Part shown: positions 36,526 through 48,810 of the stretch, piece by piece | Numbering within the stretch: position 1 is the first letter of the stretch | How the letters are laid out: each line of letters starts with the position of its first letter | From: Octopus sinensis | Taxonomy: Eukaryota | Direction: 5' to 3' | Length of the DNA: 64,000 bases | NCBI RefSeq assembly: GCF_006345805.1 | Contig: NC_042999.1 | Span: 14,694,001-14,758,000, forward strand | The notes under the pieces: generated by a model | Told to the model about the DNA's origin: nothing | Seen by the model: only the letters and a program-made list of their open reading frames with translations | Databases searched by the model: none | Position numbers and translations under genes: made by a program

Positions 36526-37111
36526 AGAGGGCATTATTACACATAAATGCCTCACATTAAGAGGGACATGTCATTACTACCAAAATTTCACTAATCATAC
36601 CCAATGCAGTTTTTCAAAGCAAGACATTTAAAAAATGAATTTAGTCCTATATCACCTGTGATTTCGCACTTACCGCATAAAATGCGTCTATGCTCATCGG
36701 TAGAACTGATTCTGAACACATCATCAATAAACGACCAACACTAACTGGCGAAGTCGAACAGGCAACTGCTCTCTCCGTCGAAGCACATGGAGATGTTTAT
36801 AAATCATATATTCGGTAAATGGCGGGCTTATTCGAACTGCATTTCGGAATAAATTTAACAATTAAGGATAACTTCTTAATAAGGAATCTTAACAAGAAAA
36901 TTATCAGGTAGTTAGCGTGAAAAACTTCATAAGAGAAAAATTCGAAAATAATTTTTTTCTTTTGAACATATTAATTTATATTATATAGAGGGCATTATTA
37001 CACATAAATGCCTCACACTAAGAGGGACATAAGTCATTACTACCAAAATTTCACTAACTACCTGATAATTTTCTTGTTAAGATTCCTTATTAAGAAGTTA
37101 TCCTTAATTGT

Positions 37112-37116
<5 letters not shown>
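36526..37116. mobile_element. Element of about 590 bp with split direct and inverted ends, inserted in the (TA)n of a family-B SINE
   Basis: Block A at 36526-36594 and 36987-37057; block B at 37054-37116 is the exact reverse complement of 36853-36915; host SINE halves at 36332-36500 and 37150-37375. Confidence 0.7.
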
Positions 37117-37150
<34 letters not shown>

Positions 37151-37607
37151 TATGAATGTGTGTGTATGTTTGTGTGTGTGTGTTCCCAACATTGCTTGAC
37201 AACCGATGCTGGTGTGTTTACGTCCCCATAACTTAGCGGTTCGGCCTAAGAGACCGATAGAGTAAGTACTAGGCTTCCAAAGAATAAGTCCTTGGGTCGA
37301 TTTGCTCGACTAAAGGCGGTGCTCCAGCATGGCCGCTGTCAAAATGACAAACAAGTAAAAGACCAAAAAGAGAGTACTGAACAAGTGCTGACACACATAC
37401 TCTCTCTCTCTCTCTTATTACATACATACGGACATAAATATATAATCACAAACATATCTTGCAAACAACTTGCACATGCAAGTGCTACCAGTTAAAAGCT
37501 CCGTATATCAGACTTCAAAATGACTGAAGATAGTTTGAGCCGGCAAGACTTGTATTATTTAACAAAATCAACAAAAGGAGTAAAGTGAACTTGTGACTAG
37601 TGAAAAA

Positions 37608-37640
37608 TCCAACGTTTCGGACAGAATCCTTCTTCAGAGA
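37608..37640 (-). ncRNA. Degenerate minimal hammerhead-like motif
   Basis: CTGAAGA(A) GGA-TTCTG-TCC GAAA CGTT; stem I only 3 bp. Confidence 0.45.
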
Positions 37641-38271
37641 AAAGGTGAAAGAAATTAAGAGACAGCAGAGTTTTACATCAAATTTTACACACGTAACAAG
37701 TTGTTACGTAAGCTCTTGAGACGTACGTATTAAATGCATTCGAAATATTAGTAATTGCCTTTGCGCCATTTTTAATCATATAATAGTCTATCCTAATTTG
37801 AATTTTGAATGATAAAATTGTGAGTCGATAGAAAAATAGGAGTTGAATGTTAATCCCAAAGCTGTGACCAAAACATCTGGTAAAGGGACTGCATTAAAGC
37901 AAGCCAATGAATACACACACCTGTGTGTGTTTGCTTTTATATCGACGTTATACATTAAAACAATTTAATATTAAACTGAAGGACTACTTAATATTTTTTA
38001 TACAGTATGATGAAGGCGAAGAAGCGAAAACTTTATAATCACTCTCAACATTTTCCGTGTTAAGGTTTATATATGAAGATACGTTGAAAGTAGTTCAGCT
38101 GGTCTCCTTCTATGTCCACGATGAAACAGTGTAGAAGGCTGTAATTTATTACTATCAACTGCATTTCATTAATTTTAATTAATTTACACTCAAAATTTTG
38201 CCTTAAAATCTAGTTATTCTACATCAAAAACGAACACTGCTGACATGTCAGTATATTATTTATGACAAAGG

Positions 38272-38862
38272 AGGGCGGTGTGCTGACAGAATCGCTAGTA
38301 TGCCGGGCGAAATGTGTAGCTGTATTTCGTCTGCCGTTACATTCTGAGTTCAAATTCCGCCGAGGTCGACTTTGCCTTTCATCCTTTCGGGGTCGATAAA
38401 TTAAGTACCAGTTACACACTGGGGTCGATGTAATCGACTTAATCCCCTTGTCTGTCCTTGTTTGTCCTCTCTGTGTTTATCCCCTTGTAGGTAGTAAAGA
38501 AATAGGTATTTCGTCTGCCGCTACGTTCTGAGTTCAAATTCCGCCGAGGTTGACTTTGCCTTTCAACCTTTCGGGGTCGATAAATTAAGTACCAGTTACA
38601 CACTGGGGTCGATGTAATCGACTTAATCCCCTTGTCTGTCCTTGTTTGTCCTCTCTGTGTTTATCCCCTTGTAGGTAGTAAAGAAATAGGTATTTCGTCT
38701 GCCGCTACGTTCTGAGTTCAAATTCCGCCGAGGTTGACTTTGCCTTTCAACCTTTCGGGGTCGATAAATTAAGCACTAGTTACGCACTGGGGTCGATGTA
38801 ATCGACTTAATCCCCTTGTCTGTCTCCTCTGTGTTTAACCCCCTGTAGGCAATAAAGAAATA
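38272..38862 (+). mobile_element. Family-A SINE trimer
   Basis: Full copy plus two head-truncated copies with 184-bp period and shared diagnostic bases. Confidence 0.92.
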
Positions 38863-40849
38863 AATGTATATGACAAAGAGAGAGAGAGAGATACGTAAGG
38901 GCTGTGTGATTATACGTGCACACATACTACCAGAAAGAGAGCTTGCTTTTTAACTAAGTTTGTGCGCGTTGTAGCGCATACACTCACATGCACAGTTAAG
39001 AACTATATCCTATTTTACAAGTAGGCGAGCTTACATCTATACACACATTTTATATTGTGTGTGTATATATGTGTATAGAAAATAAAGTCTTTAAAAAATA
39101 TACGTTACTGACAAACGAAAGTTGCTTATCTAGGTTTCCTAATTTGACCTGCCAACTTGAATCAAGAAGGTCAGTTGACGTAAAGTTTAAATAAACGCAA
39201 AAGATAATCTTTTTAGTCATTTTTTTGTGTCTTTTGCATGCGTGCACGCGAGAGTGTACGTGACTGTGCATTTGTGTGTGTGCATGTGTGTGTTTCAAAT
39301 TTTATTCTAGACTCCAAAATAATGTAATGTGTGCGTGCATATATCCTCTTCAATTATGCTATTTGCATATGAATGTTATAATTAGCCATTTAGATAATGA
39401 TGGTTCTTATCATTATGTGTGTAGGTTTAATTAATTAAAATTCATTAGCTTATCAAGATCAAAATATACTAGTGCCGACTTTGTTATAATTAAATTGTTA
39501 GCCAGATGAATATAGCTAAATATAACAAGTAAACTAAGAGCAGAGACGGTTTTATGGAGGGAAATTTCTCAGGTCTCTTTGTTGGGGATCGCCTCATAGC
39601 TCTCTTGTCTGAGATAAGTCTAATTAATTTGATTAGAATTTGAGATTAGTTTATTAATTTTTTTAATGTTTAATGTGGTTTACTTGTTTTGTTAAACATT
39701 GGCCTGAGGTTTTCGTACAGGATGCGGTAAAATATCTTTGCACGAGTGTGTTGGGCGTTACGTCAAATGCTGCAATGGTTGCTGTGTTAGTTATTTCTTC
39801 ACACAGAATTTTTTTTAAAGATAGGCGCAGAGTGACTGTGTGGTAAGTAGCTTGCTTACCAACCACATGGTTCCAGATTCACTTCCACTGCGTGACACCT
39901 TGGGCATGTGTTTACTATAGCATCGGGCCGACCAAAGCTTTGTGAGTAGACTTGGTAGACGGAAACTGAAAGAAGCCCGTCGTATATATGTATATATATA
40001 TGTGTATATATATATATATATGTCTGTGTGGGGGGGCTGTATATGTTTGTGTGTGTGTTTGTTCCTCAAACATCGTTTGACAATCAACGCTGGTGTGTTT
40101 ACATCCCTGTAACTTAGCGGTTCGGCAAAAAAGACTGAAAGAATAAGAACTAGGCTTACAAAGAATAAGTCCTGGGGTCGATTTTCTTGACTAAAGGCGG
40201 TGCTCCAGCATGGCTAAAGTCAAATGACTGAAACAAGTAAATGAGTAAAGATAATCAAACCAAATGTTCATCATTTCGAGCCAATGAGTATTTCTGCCAA
40301 ATGCGGTGAAAATCCGTTCAACCGATTTCCAGTAATTTTTCAAACACAAAGACGAGTGATTACAATACCCTGCTTTCGCTTACATGCACAAGGTAATAAA
40401 GGAAAACGGTAACATATTAGCTACACGAAGGTATTGTTAATATTTGACTAACTTTATTAGCGTCACGTCAATGGCCATACAAACTATGGGGTATTTTTCT
40501 GTCTCACCCTTTACATTATTGAAAACCTTTGTGGCAACTCAGCTAAATTAACTTGTCAGGTTTGGCATTTAACATTTAAGATTCGAGCAGTTTTAATATT
40601 TCTTTCTTTTTTTTAACATTTATTATAAACAGCAGGTTTTGTGTTTGTTTTTGCATTTAACCTTTGCATGTCTATGTATGTTTATCTTGTCAATTCTGAT
40701 TACATACAATAAACACACTATTGTAGATTTGGTGATCTGTGTATTTTGTGAAAGAGGGCCAACTAAAACTGAAGTACCTTGGGCCCCATCACCCCCTTGA
40801 TTCAATAACAATAATAATAAACACTACAAAATCAGCACTCCTGCTTACT

Positions 40850-41400
40850 GGTACGAACATCATCCTGAGCCAGTCTTTGAAGATAACAATGCCACTATTC
40901 TCTGGGATTTTCCAGTCAACGCTGACAGAACGATCCAGGCTAATTGACCAGACATAATTATTAAAGACAAGGAAGAAAATACTTGTAGACCAATAGATGT
41001 AAGTGTTCCCACTTATAAGAATATATCTATAAAGGAATTTGACAAACTAAGTAAATATACGGACCTGGAAATTGAAATACAAAAGATGTGGTATCTTAAA
41101 ATGAGAACTGTTCCTGCTATTGTAGATGTCATAGGTATGATAAAAGAGGGATGTCAGAAACATCTAGATAAGATTCCAGGAGAAACATGCCTCAAAGAAA
41201 TCTAAAAGATTGTACTGACAAGCACTGCCCACATCCTTAGACAAACCCTATCCATTTAAATGTCTGTGTTGTATTATATGAAGATATTTCACCAAGCCTT
41301 CAGTCATACTGTAACATCTCTTATCCTTCACTCACCCCAGGATGCTGGGTGTGCCTCAGCAAGTGACTGTCACAAACATGCAGATTAAAAGTAAACAATA
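40850..41400 (+). pseudogene. R4/Dong-clade LINE 3' fragment
   Basis: PDIIIKDKEENTCRPIDVSVP...KEFDKLSKYTDLEIEIQKMW (PD..D..K endonuclease), 3' UTR ending in TAA repeats. Confidence 0.85.
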
Positions 41401-41421
41401 AAAACAATAGTAATAATAATA

Positions 41422-41965
41422 AAATACCCTGATGCAGTACCAGACAGTGGGTCTTAACTGACTGGAAGTGCTATCATGTATATTGTTTTGTCTTGGTATA
41501 AAAGATGGGCTTCAGTAAATATTCTGTTCAATACCACAGTTTTGCCTGACCTTAACCAGTTGAGCATGTCTCTTTGTGGCTGACGATATGTGTATCTCTG
41601 ATTACAAGCAGAAGTAGTGGGGGGAGCATCATAGTCATGTGTTGAGAGGAATTCTTTGGAGTGACTAATTCACCTCTGAAAACATGGGTGTTTCATTCAA
41701 CATCTATAAACAACCCTTATTCAAGGACCTTTTGAGTGGGATGGGCTATTCGACCTGAAGAAAATTCTAACAGGGCCCCACCTGCAAGATCATACGCTGT
41801 TTACCTTGATATGAGATCACCATGTCGTGCACAAATGATTGTGATGCATGTGCCTAGTGTACCCTTATCAGACAGGTAGTCATGATGGGTATACTGGGGT
41901 TCATATATTTCACCCCAGTGTCACTTTGATGACATGCACTGCTCTCTCACTCAATAATATTAATA
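41422..41965. mobile_element. Probable non-autonomous repeat of about 540 bp bounded by TAA tracts
   Basis: Sharp compositional block flanked by short (TAA) runs; single copy here, family identity recalled only. Confidence 0.4.
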
Positions 41966-44276
41966 ACTGATTGGCACCTTGGATAAATGTCTTTCCGTTT
42001 AGCTCCGAGTTAACCAAAGCGTTTTGGGTGAATTTCTTAGAAGGAAACCGAAAGAAGCCTGCTGTGTGTGTGAGAGAGAGAGAGAGAGACAGACAGACAG
42101 AAAGAGAATGTGCGTGCGTGTGCATGCGTGTTTTCATGTGCGTGTACATATTTTAAAAAACATTCGGGCGAGGTCGTTGCCCCTGGACCAGCTCTTGTGC
42201 AAGTGGCACGTAAAAAACACCATTTGAGCATGGCTATTGCCAGTACCACCTGACTGGCCCTCGTGCTGGTGGCACATAAAGGCACCCACTACACTCTCGG
42301 AGTGGTTGGCATTAGGAAGGGCATCCAGATGTAGAAACTCTGCCAGATCAAGATTGAAGCCTGGTGCAGCCATCTGGTTCACCAGTCCTCAGTCAAATCG
42401 TCCAACCCATGCTGGCATGGAAAGCAGACGTTAAACGATGATGATGATGACATCTGTACCTCCTCGTTTTGACATAGCATGATAGTTTTAAACAAGTGTT
42501 ACTGTCCTAGAAGCCGTGTCTTTACTCTCCAATCTTCCATGAAAATATTTCCAGTCACAGGGGTGGGGAAATATTACCCTACTTAGAAGCAATTGTGGAT
42601 TGGAGGGCAAGAAGGTCATCCAGAAAACTCTTCCATAAATTCCATGCGACTCATGCCAGCATGGAAAAATGGATGTTAAAACGACAATGGTAAGGAGATT
42701 CCAATGGCAGTAACTTAGATAATTACTGGAGGTTGTTATGTATTGGATGACATATTCTTAAAATTTCCCTCTTCATTGAAGAAAGAAAAACACATAGCAT
42801 CAATTGTTAGAGATTTTCAAAAGAGAGAGAAGGTAATTCATAGAAGTTAATTGCACAAATATTTCAATTTATGCTTAAGACCAATCATATGTTCATAAGT
42901 AAAACAACAGCTGCAAACATGTTCTGGACTTATTAAAGCTCATCAGCATAGTATACCAAATGGAAAGGCATATTTCAATCCATTGAGAATTCTTTAACAT
43001 CTGTCATTCAGTACATCACCACCTACATGCATTGATTAAATTCTCACCTTTAGTCTATTTATGTCACTTCACCTTACCTGTTACTTTTTTCAGTCATTGG
43101 AGTGTAACCATGTCAAGGCCTGGCCAAATCAAATTACATTGCAGACCACTTTAATCACGGAAAAATTTTTGTGGGCCACTTGTATACTGACAGAATTGAA
43201 AGCATTTTGCTTTCTCTTGTTAGTTTTACAATAATGAATGAATGACGGTTGATTCATCATCATCATCGTTTAATGTCCGCTTTCCATGCTAGCATGGGTT
43301 GGACAATTTTGACTGAGGGCTGGCGAACCAGATGGCTGCACCAGGCTCCAATCTTGATCTGGCAGAGTTTCTACAGCCGGATGCCCTTCCTAACGCCAAC
43401 CACTCTGAGAGTGTAGTGGGTGCTTTTTACGTGCCACCAGCACAGGGGCCAGTCAGGTGGTACTGGCAATGACCTCACTCGAATCTTTTTACACATGCCA
43501 CCAGCACAGGTGCCAGTAAGGCGACGTTGGTAATGATGAAGTTCGAATGGTGCCCTTTTATGTGCCACTAGCACAGAAGCCAGTTGGCTGCTCTGGCAAC
43601 GATCATGCTCGGATGGTGCTCTTAGCACCCTACTAGCACAGGCACAACCAACATGAAATATTATAGTTGCAAAGACAGTAGATCTTTCTTTTTTACTTTT
43701 CATTACAATCTTCAATTTTTGATAAAATTTTTTAAATGTTTGTTTAAATAAACCCATTTCAAGAAAGTATCAAGCGGGCCGCAAGATAAAAGTCGGCGGG
43801 CCACATGCGGCCTGCAGGTCTCAGGATGGCCAGCCCTGGTTTAGTCGAACAAGTCAACCCCAGTACCCTTTCTTAAGTCTTGTACTTATCCTATCAGTTT
43901 CTGTTGCCAATTACCTAAGTTATGGGGTTATAAAGGGTCTTTTCTCTTTGGCTGCAGTGAAACAGAAAAGATTCGACATAAACAATTCAACACTAAATGT
44001 CGCATGCACGATGGAAGGTAGTGGTCAATCTAGGGCTATAGATGAAGATGCATGTTATGAAACACATGGTTGTCTTGTGTTTTTTTTTGGTTTGCTTTTT
44101 TTTCTTCTTTTTCTTTTTAATTATTGAATTTACACTGGCCAAGCATTTTCTGAAAATCTCTTATCAGCCAATCAAAGCTTGCTAACATGTACTTGCCAGC
44201 CTGTCTGCCTACTTGTCTATTGAGAGATGTTATAGGAAGCTGACAAAGAGGAACTGTATTAATTATCCTTTGGTAG

Positions 44277-44315
44277 ATTTATGACAAGTGATAAAAGTCT
44301 GCATATTTATGAAAG
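44277..44315 (+). CDS. Candidate 39-nt exon (xFMTSDKSLHIYEx)
   Basis: ggtAG acceptor, AAG|GTAATT donor, one open frame, phase-compatible with 61600. Confidence 0.3.
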
Positions 44316-44369
44316 GTAATTGTCCAGTTCCGCATTACTGATTGCTGTTTAGTGAAAGGGGTTATCATG

Positions 44370-44820
44370 AGAACACAGAGAGCAGGAGAGAAGATAAGGG
44401 AGGAAGTGAGGTGAGGGAGAAAATGGATGATAAATCGTGGTGAGTAAGAAAGTGAAAGAAATAATGAATGGAGGGAGAAAGAGAACGAGGGAATGAATTG
44501 CAAGAAGGAAGGGGAGAATGAATAGAAAGACAAAGAAAGAGAAGGAGTAAAGAGAGAGAAATAGAAAGAACAAATGACATGCATGAGAGAGAGTGGAAAG
44601 AACGAATAATGTAAGGGAGAAAGAATGATGCGAGAGAGAGGGAGAAAGACTGGTGTGTGAGAGACAGAAGAAGAGGAGTAAAAATGAGAGAGGAAGAAAA
44701 TTATGTAAGAGAAAGAGAATAGGGAGAGAGAGAGAGAGTGAGAGAAAGAGGACAAGAGAGAGAGAGAGAGAGAGGACAAAATAGATGAGGGAGAAAGGAG
44801 ATGGAGGGACGAAATGTTCA
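44370..44820. repeat. GA-rich low-complexity tract
   Basis: Purine-dominated; the overlapping long ORFs are artefacts. Confidence 0.85.
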
Positions 44821-45295
44821 TGCATATTTAAAAGCTGATAGTTTGTAGTTTCCATTCACTGTTAGAGTTATTGCTATGAAACAGACATCATACTATCCTG
44901 GAAAGGTTAAAATGCTTGTTTTAGTTAATCTATAGCCACCTCAAATGACTCCCACTGCCCCTGGGGAGGTCAGACTGTTTTTTAAAAAGGTAATTACCTC
45001 TGGTTTCTATCGGCACATGTTGAGAGGTAGGATTAAGAATTTCACATTGAAGCTCTTTGGTTTTGGAGTAAATCCACCGCTTGGTACTCTTTGGCAAATG
45101 TCTTTTACTCTTTTACTTGTTTCAGTCATTTGACTGTGGCCATGCTGGAGCACTGCCTTTAGTCGAGCAAATCAACCCCAGGACTTATTCTTTGTAAGCC
45201 TAGTACTTATTCTATCGGTCTCTTTTGCCAAACTGCTAAACACACCACCATCAGTTGTCAAGCGATGTTGGGGGGACAAACACAAACACACACAC

Positions 45296-45336
<41 letters not shown>

Positions 45337-46392
45337 TACGACAGGCTTCTTTCAGTTTCTGTCTACCAAATCCATTCACAAGGTTTTGGTCAGCCCGAGG
45401 CTATAGTAGAAGACACTTGCCCAAGGTGCCACGCAATGGGAATGAACCCGGAACCATGTGGTTGGTAAGCAAGCTACTTACCACACAGCCACTCCTGCGC
45501 CTGCTTTGGACAGGCAAAGGGTTAACCCTCAAACTGCATGTTAACCCACCCCTCATATTATTTAAGTATCAAAAATCTTGAATCTCACCATCTGGCAAAA
45601 AACACTGATTTTCCATTTTCAGCAATCAAATCTAAAAATTAATAATAATCAAAGTTGCCTGAGATGATTAATATTTTGATGTTTTATTGACATCAAAATA
45701 TTTACACAAAAATGTAAAAATTATCTTTTATCTAAGATTTTTCTAAAAATAAATCAGTTAGTCAAACGACTTTGATTTACGTTTTTTTTTGTTGTTGTTT
45801 ATCCAGATTTTTTCTGTTTTAGTATAAAGTTCATTTACTTAATGTTCTATTTTTAAAATTATGGGTTTTTTAACACTTATCATTTGTTTCCCCGTTTGTT
45901 CACTCCATTTTATCTGTGCTTGCTTTCGTTTGTGCTTTTCACCATGTATGTATATACGTGTATATATGAGTATATATGTGTTTGTATGTGTTTCATTTAC
46001 TATACCTTTCATTCTCCCACTTAAGTCACTGACATGCGTACATGCACACAGATACATACACACAAACACAGACCTTTCATTTTATCTCTAGTGGCCTTTT
46101 ATCTTTTGTTGTTTTTATCACCTTTACTTGCCTTTTTTTAAAGTCATGTTCATGAAGATTATGTGTGTGCGTGCATGCATACATATATATATATATATGC
46201 ATGCAGAATGTATATGTATGTGAAGCAGATGGCAGCTTCAGATAAGTATTCTTGCCAGTCACACACTTCAAGAGTTTTACACTCATTTGATTGTTTACAA
46301 AAAGTAAAAATGAATAAAGAAAAAGTAATCTGCTAACTTGTTGATAACGAGTTCAAATCTACAAAGTATTTTCTTTTTGGACAAAACAATAT

Positions 46393-46627
46393 CTATTTCT
46401 TTACTACCCACAAGGGGCTAAACATAGAGGCGACAAACAAGGACAGACAAACGGATTAAGTCGATTGCATCGACCCCAGTGTGTAATTGGTACTTATTTA
46501 ATCAACCCCGAAAGGATGAAAGGCAAAGTCGACCTCGGCGAAATTTGAACTCAGAACGTAAAGACAGACTAAATACTCCTAAGCATTTCGCCTAACGTGC
46601 TAACGTTTCTGTCAGCTCGCCGCCTTA
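46393..46627 (-). mobile_element. Young family-A SINE with TSD of about 16 bp
   Basis: TTGGACAAAACAATAT at 46377 and 46628. Confidence 0.9.
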
Positions 46628-46824
46628 TTGGACAAAACAATATCACCTTAGTTCACTCACCTTAGTACACATGCATGCACACACACACAATCAAAAACAA
46701 TATCAATGCAGTTTATTCTAGACACCTTGTCCATGAAGAGTGGAATTTCTGTTTAATTTGGTTTAACACTAAGGAAGTCAGAACTTATTAACGACCAATT
46801 CTTCTCAGTTTGGCTTCTGTTTAA

Positions 46825-47030
46825 CCCTTTCGTTACCAATCCAGCTGAAACCGCCTCTGCCTCTGTAGTACAAATGTTTTGTTTTCATAAGTTTTGAATT
46901 AAAATCTTCCACCAAACCTTCATCACAATTTATGTTCCTAACACAAACTTAATGATAAGAAGTTATTTTACTAAATTCTTTGTTATATTTAAAATTAATT
47001 GAAAGAAACACAAATATGTTAACAAAGAAT
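46825..47030 (-). mobile_element. Family-D MITE monomer
   Basis: TTAA|CCCTTTCGTTACC end and internal match to family D. Confidence 0.8.
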
Positions 47031-47199
47031 TAAATGATTTCATTCACATCTAAGATGCATAATAGAAATGTGTTTATTCTAAATAATCTGCTGTTCCTAA
47101 ATCCATTTTGTGAAGGGAAGGACTGAATTTCAAAAAACCTAGAGCTGCTTTAGAATGATTGAAAAACATTGCAGGATTGGGGTCTCATATAAAAAAGGG

Positions 47200-48810
47200 G
47201 TATTAAATTGCAAAACTTGTCTGACATTCTGTTTATCATAAAACATTCCTGACTTCTATCCTTATTGAATGTGGAAGGCAAGATTTTTATGGGAATTCTT
47301 TTGAGGAGAAAGGAGACATTTACAGAGTAATGGAATGTTGATGAATCTGTCGAAAAGGCCGCAATCCCTGGATGCTTTGGACACTAAGGCATATACCTAC
47401 CGAAGGAGGCCAATGCAGAGACTATAAAACAGTTTAGGCTGATATCCTTATTGAATGTGGAAGGCAAGAAATTTATGGGAATTCTTTCAAGGAGTAATAG
47501 ATATGTTGATGAATCTGTTCAAAAGGCTGGAATCCCTGAGATCCCTGAATGCTGTTTTTTGAACACTGTTTTTTGATTTGGAAAGTGATCCAGGATGCCA
47601 AACAGAACAAAAGAAGTCTTGACCTAGCTAATGCATATGGCTCAGTACCACACAAATTTCTGATGAGAGGCATGGACCACTTCCACTTTCCAGACAAAGT
47701 AACCAAAATAATGAGGATGTATTATGATAGTTTTAAGATGAGGTTTACAGCTGGAAATTTTACAACAGATTGGCACCAACTGGAGATTGGCATTGCAGCT
47801 GGCTGTACAATATCTGTCACATGGTTTATCTTAATCATGGAGATGATTTTGAAAGCCATGGAGTTTTCATAACAAATCACCTATGTACAATTGCCTAAGA
47901 AAGCCTTCATGGATGACGTGACACTTATCTCCAGATAAGCAAATCATGCAGAATGCCCTCTTGAGATTCAATGAGGTTGTGAGGTGGTCAAGGATGCAGT
48001 TTAGAGCCAAAAAGTTGCATAGTCTGACATTTGTTAAGGGAGTGCAGAAAGAATTTAAGTTTTGAATAGCTGAAGAAAGCATTCCAACAGTCAAAAAGAA
48101 CCTGTCAAGAGCTTGGGGCGAGTATATACTGGAACATTGTCAGATAGGAGCTGCGGAATGGAAATTATGAAACAAGTCGTGGTTGGATTAACAGCAATTG
48201 ATAGCTCAAAGTTACCAGGTAAATATAAAATTTGGTGCTTGCAGTTTATTCTGTATCTACGACTTTCATGGCCACCGTTAATATACAAGGTAGCATTGTC
48301 ATGAATTCAGATCATTGAACAAAGATGTAATGTGTTCATCAGAAAGTGGCTAGGCCTACCTTGGATGTTGAACAGTTCAGCTCTTCATCGTAAAAGAGGC
48401 TTGTTGCAATTACCACTGGTGTCAATCGTCGAAATATATAAACTGGGGAAGGTATGAACGGTGATGATGCTGAGAGAATCGAAGGACATGGAAATCAGGC
48501 AAAATCCAGAGGTGAAAACAGCAAGGAAGTGGAAAGCAGAAGCAGAGACTGATGACATTTTGTCTTCTCTTACACACTGAGGTATGGTGGGTGCAACACA
48601 AAATCATCGGAAGAGACTTGGTTTTGGTGCAGATCAGTTTAGACCGTTTGCAAGCATGATGCCGAGTGAACGCAGATCTGTTGTTAGCAACAGCGTCAAA
48701 ATGAGAGAAGCAGAGAGAAGAGAGCTTCATTTGGTCCAATGTATTCAACAAGGACAGATGACAAGATGGGAGGAACAGGTTGTTGAGAGAAGAATAAGTT
48801 GGAATGAGAT
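47200..48810 (+). pseudogene. Decayed HERO/NeSL-like non-LTR retrotransposon (RT region)
   Basis: SLLNVEGK, LDLANAYGSVPH, LEIGIAAGCTISV, FMDDVT, LPGKYKIWCLQF, IRKWLGLP, TARKWKAE; multiple stops and frameshifts. Confidence 0.85.

Noticed and set aside
41860-41920. Hammerhead at minus-strand CTGATAAG
   Set aside because: No stem II followed by GAAA.
44279-44855. Long 168-180 aa ORFs
   Set aside because: Translations of a GA/CT low-complexity tract.
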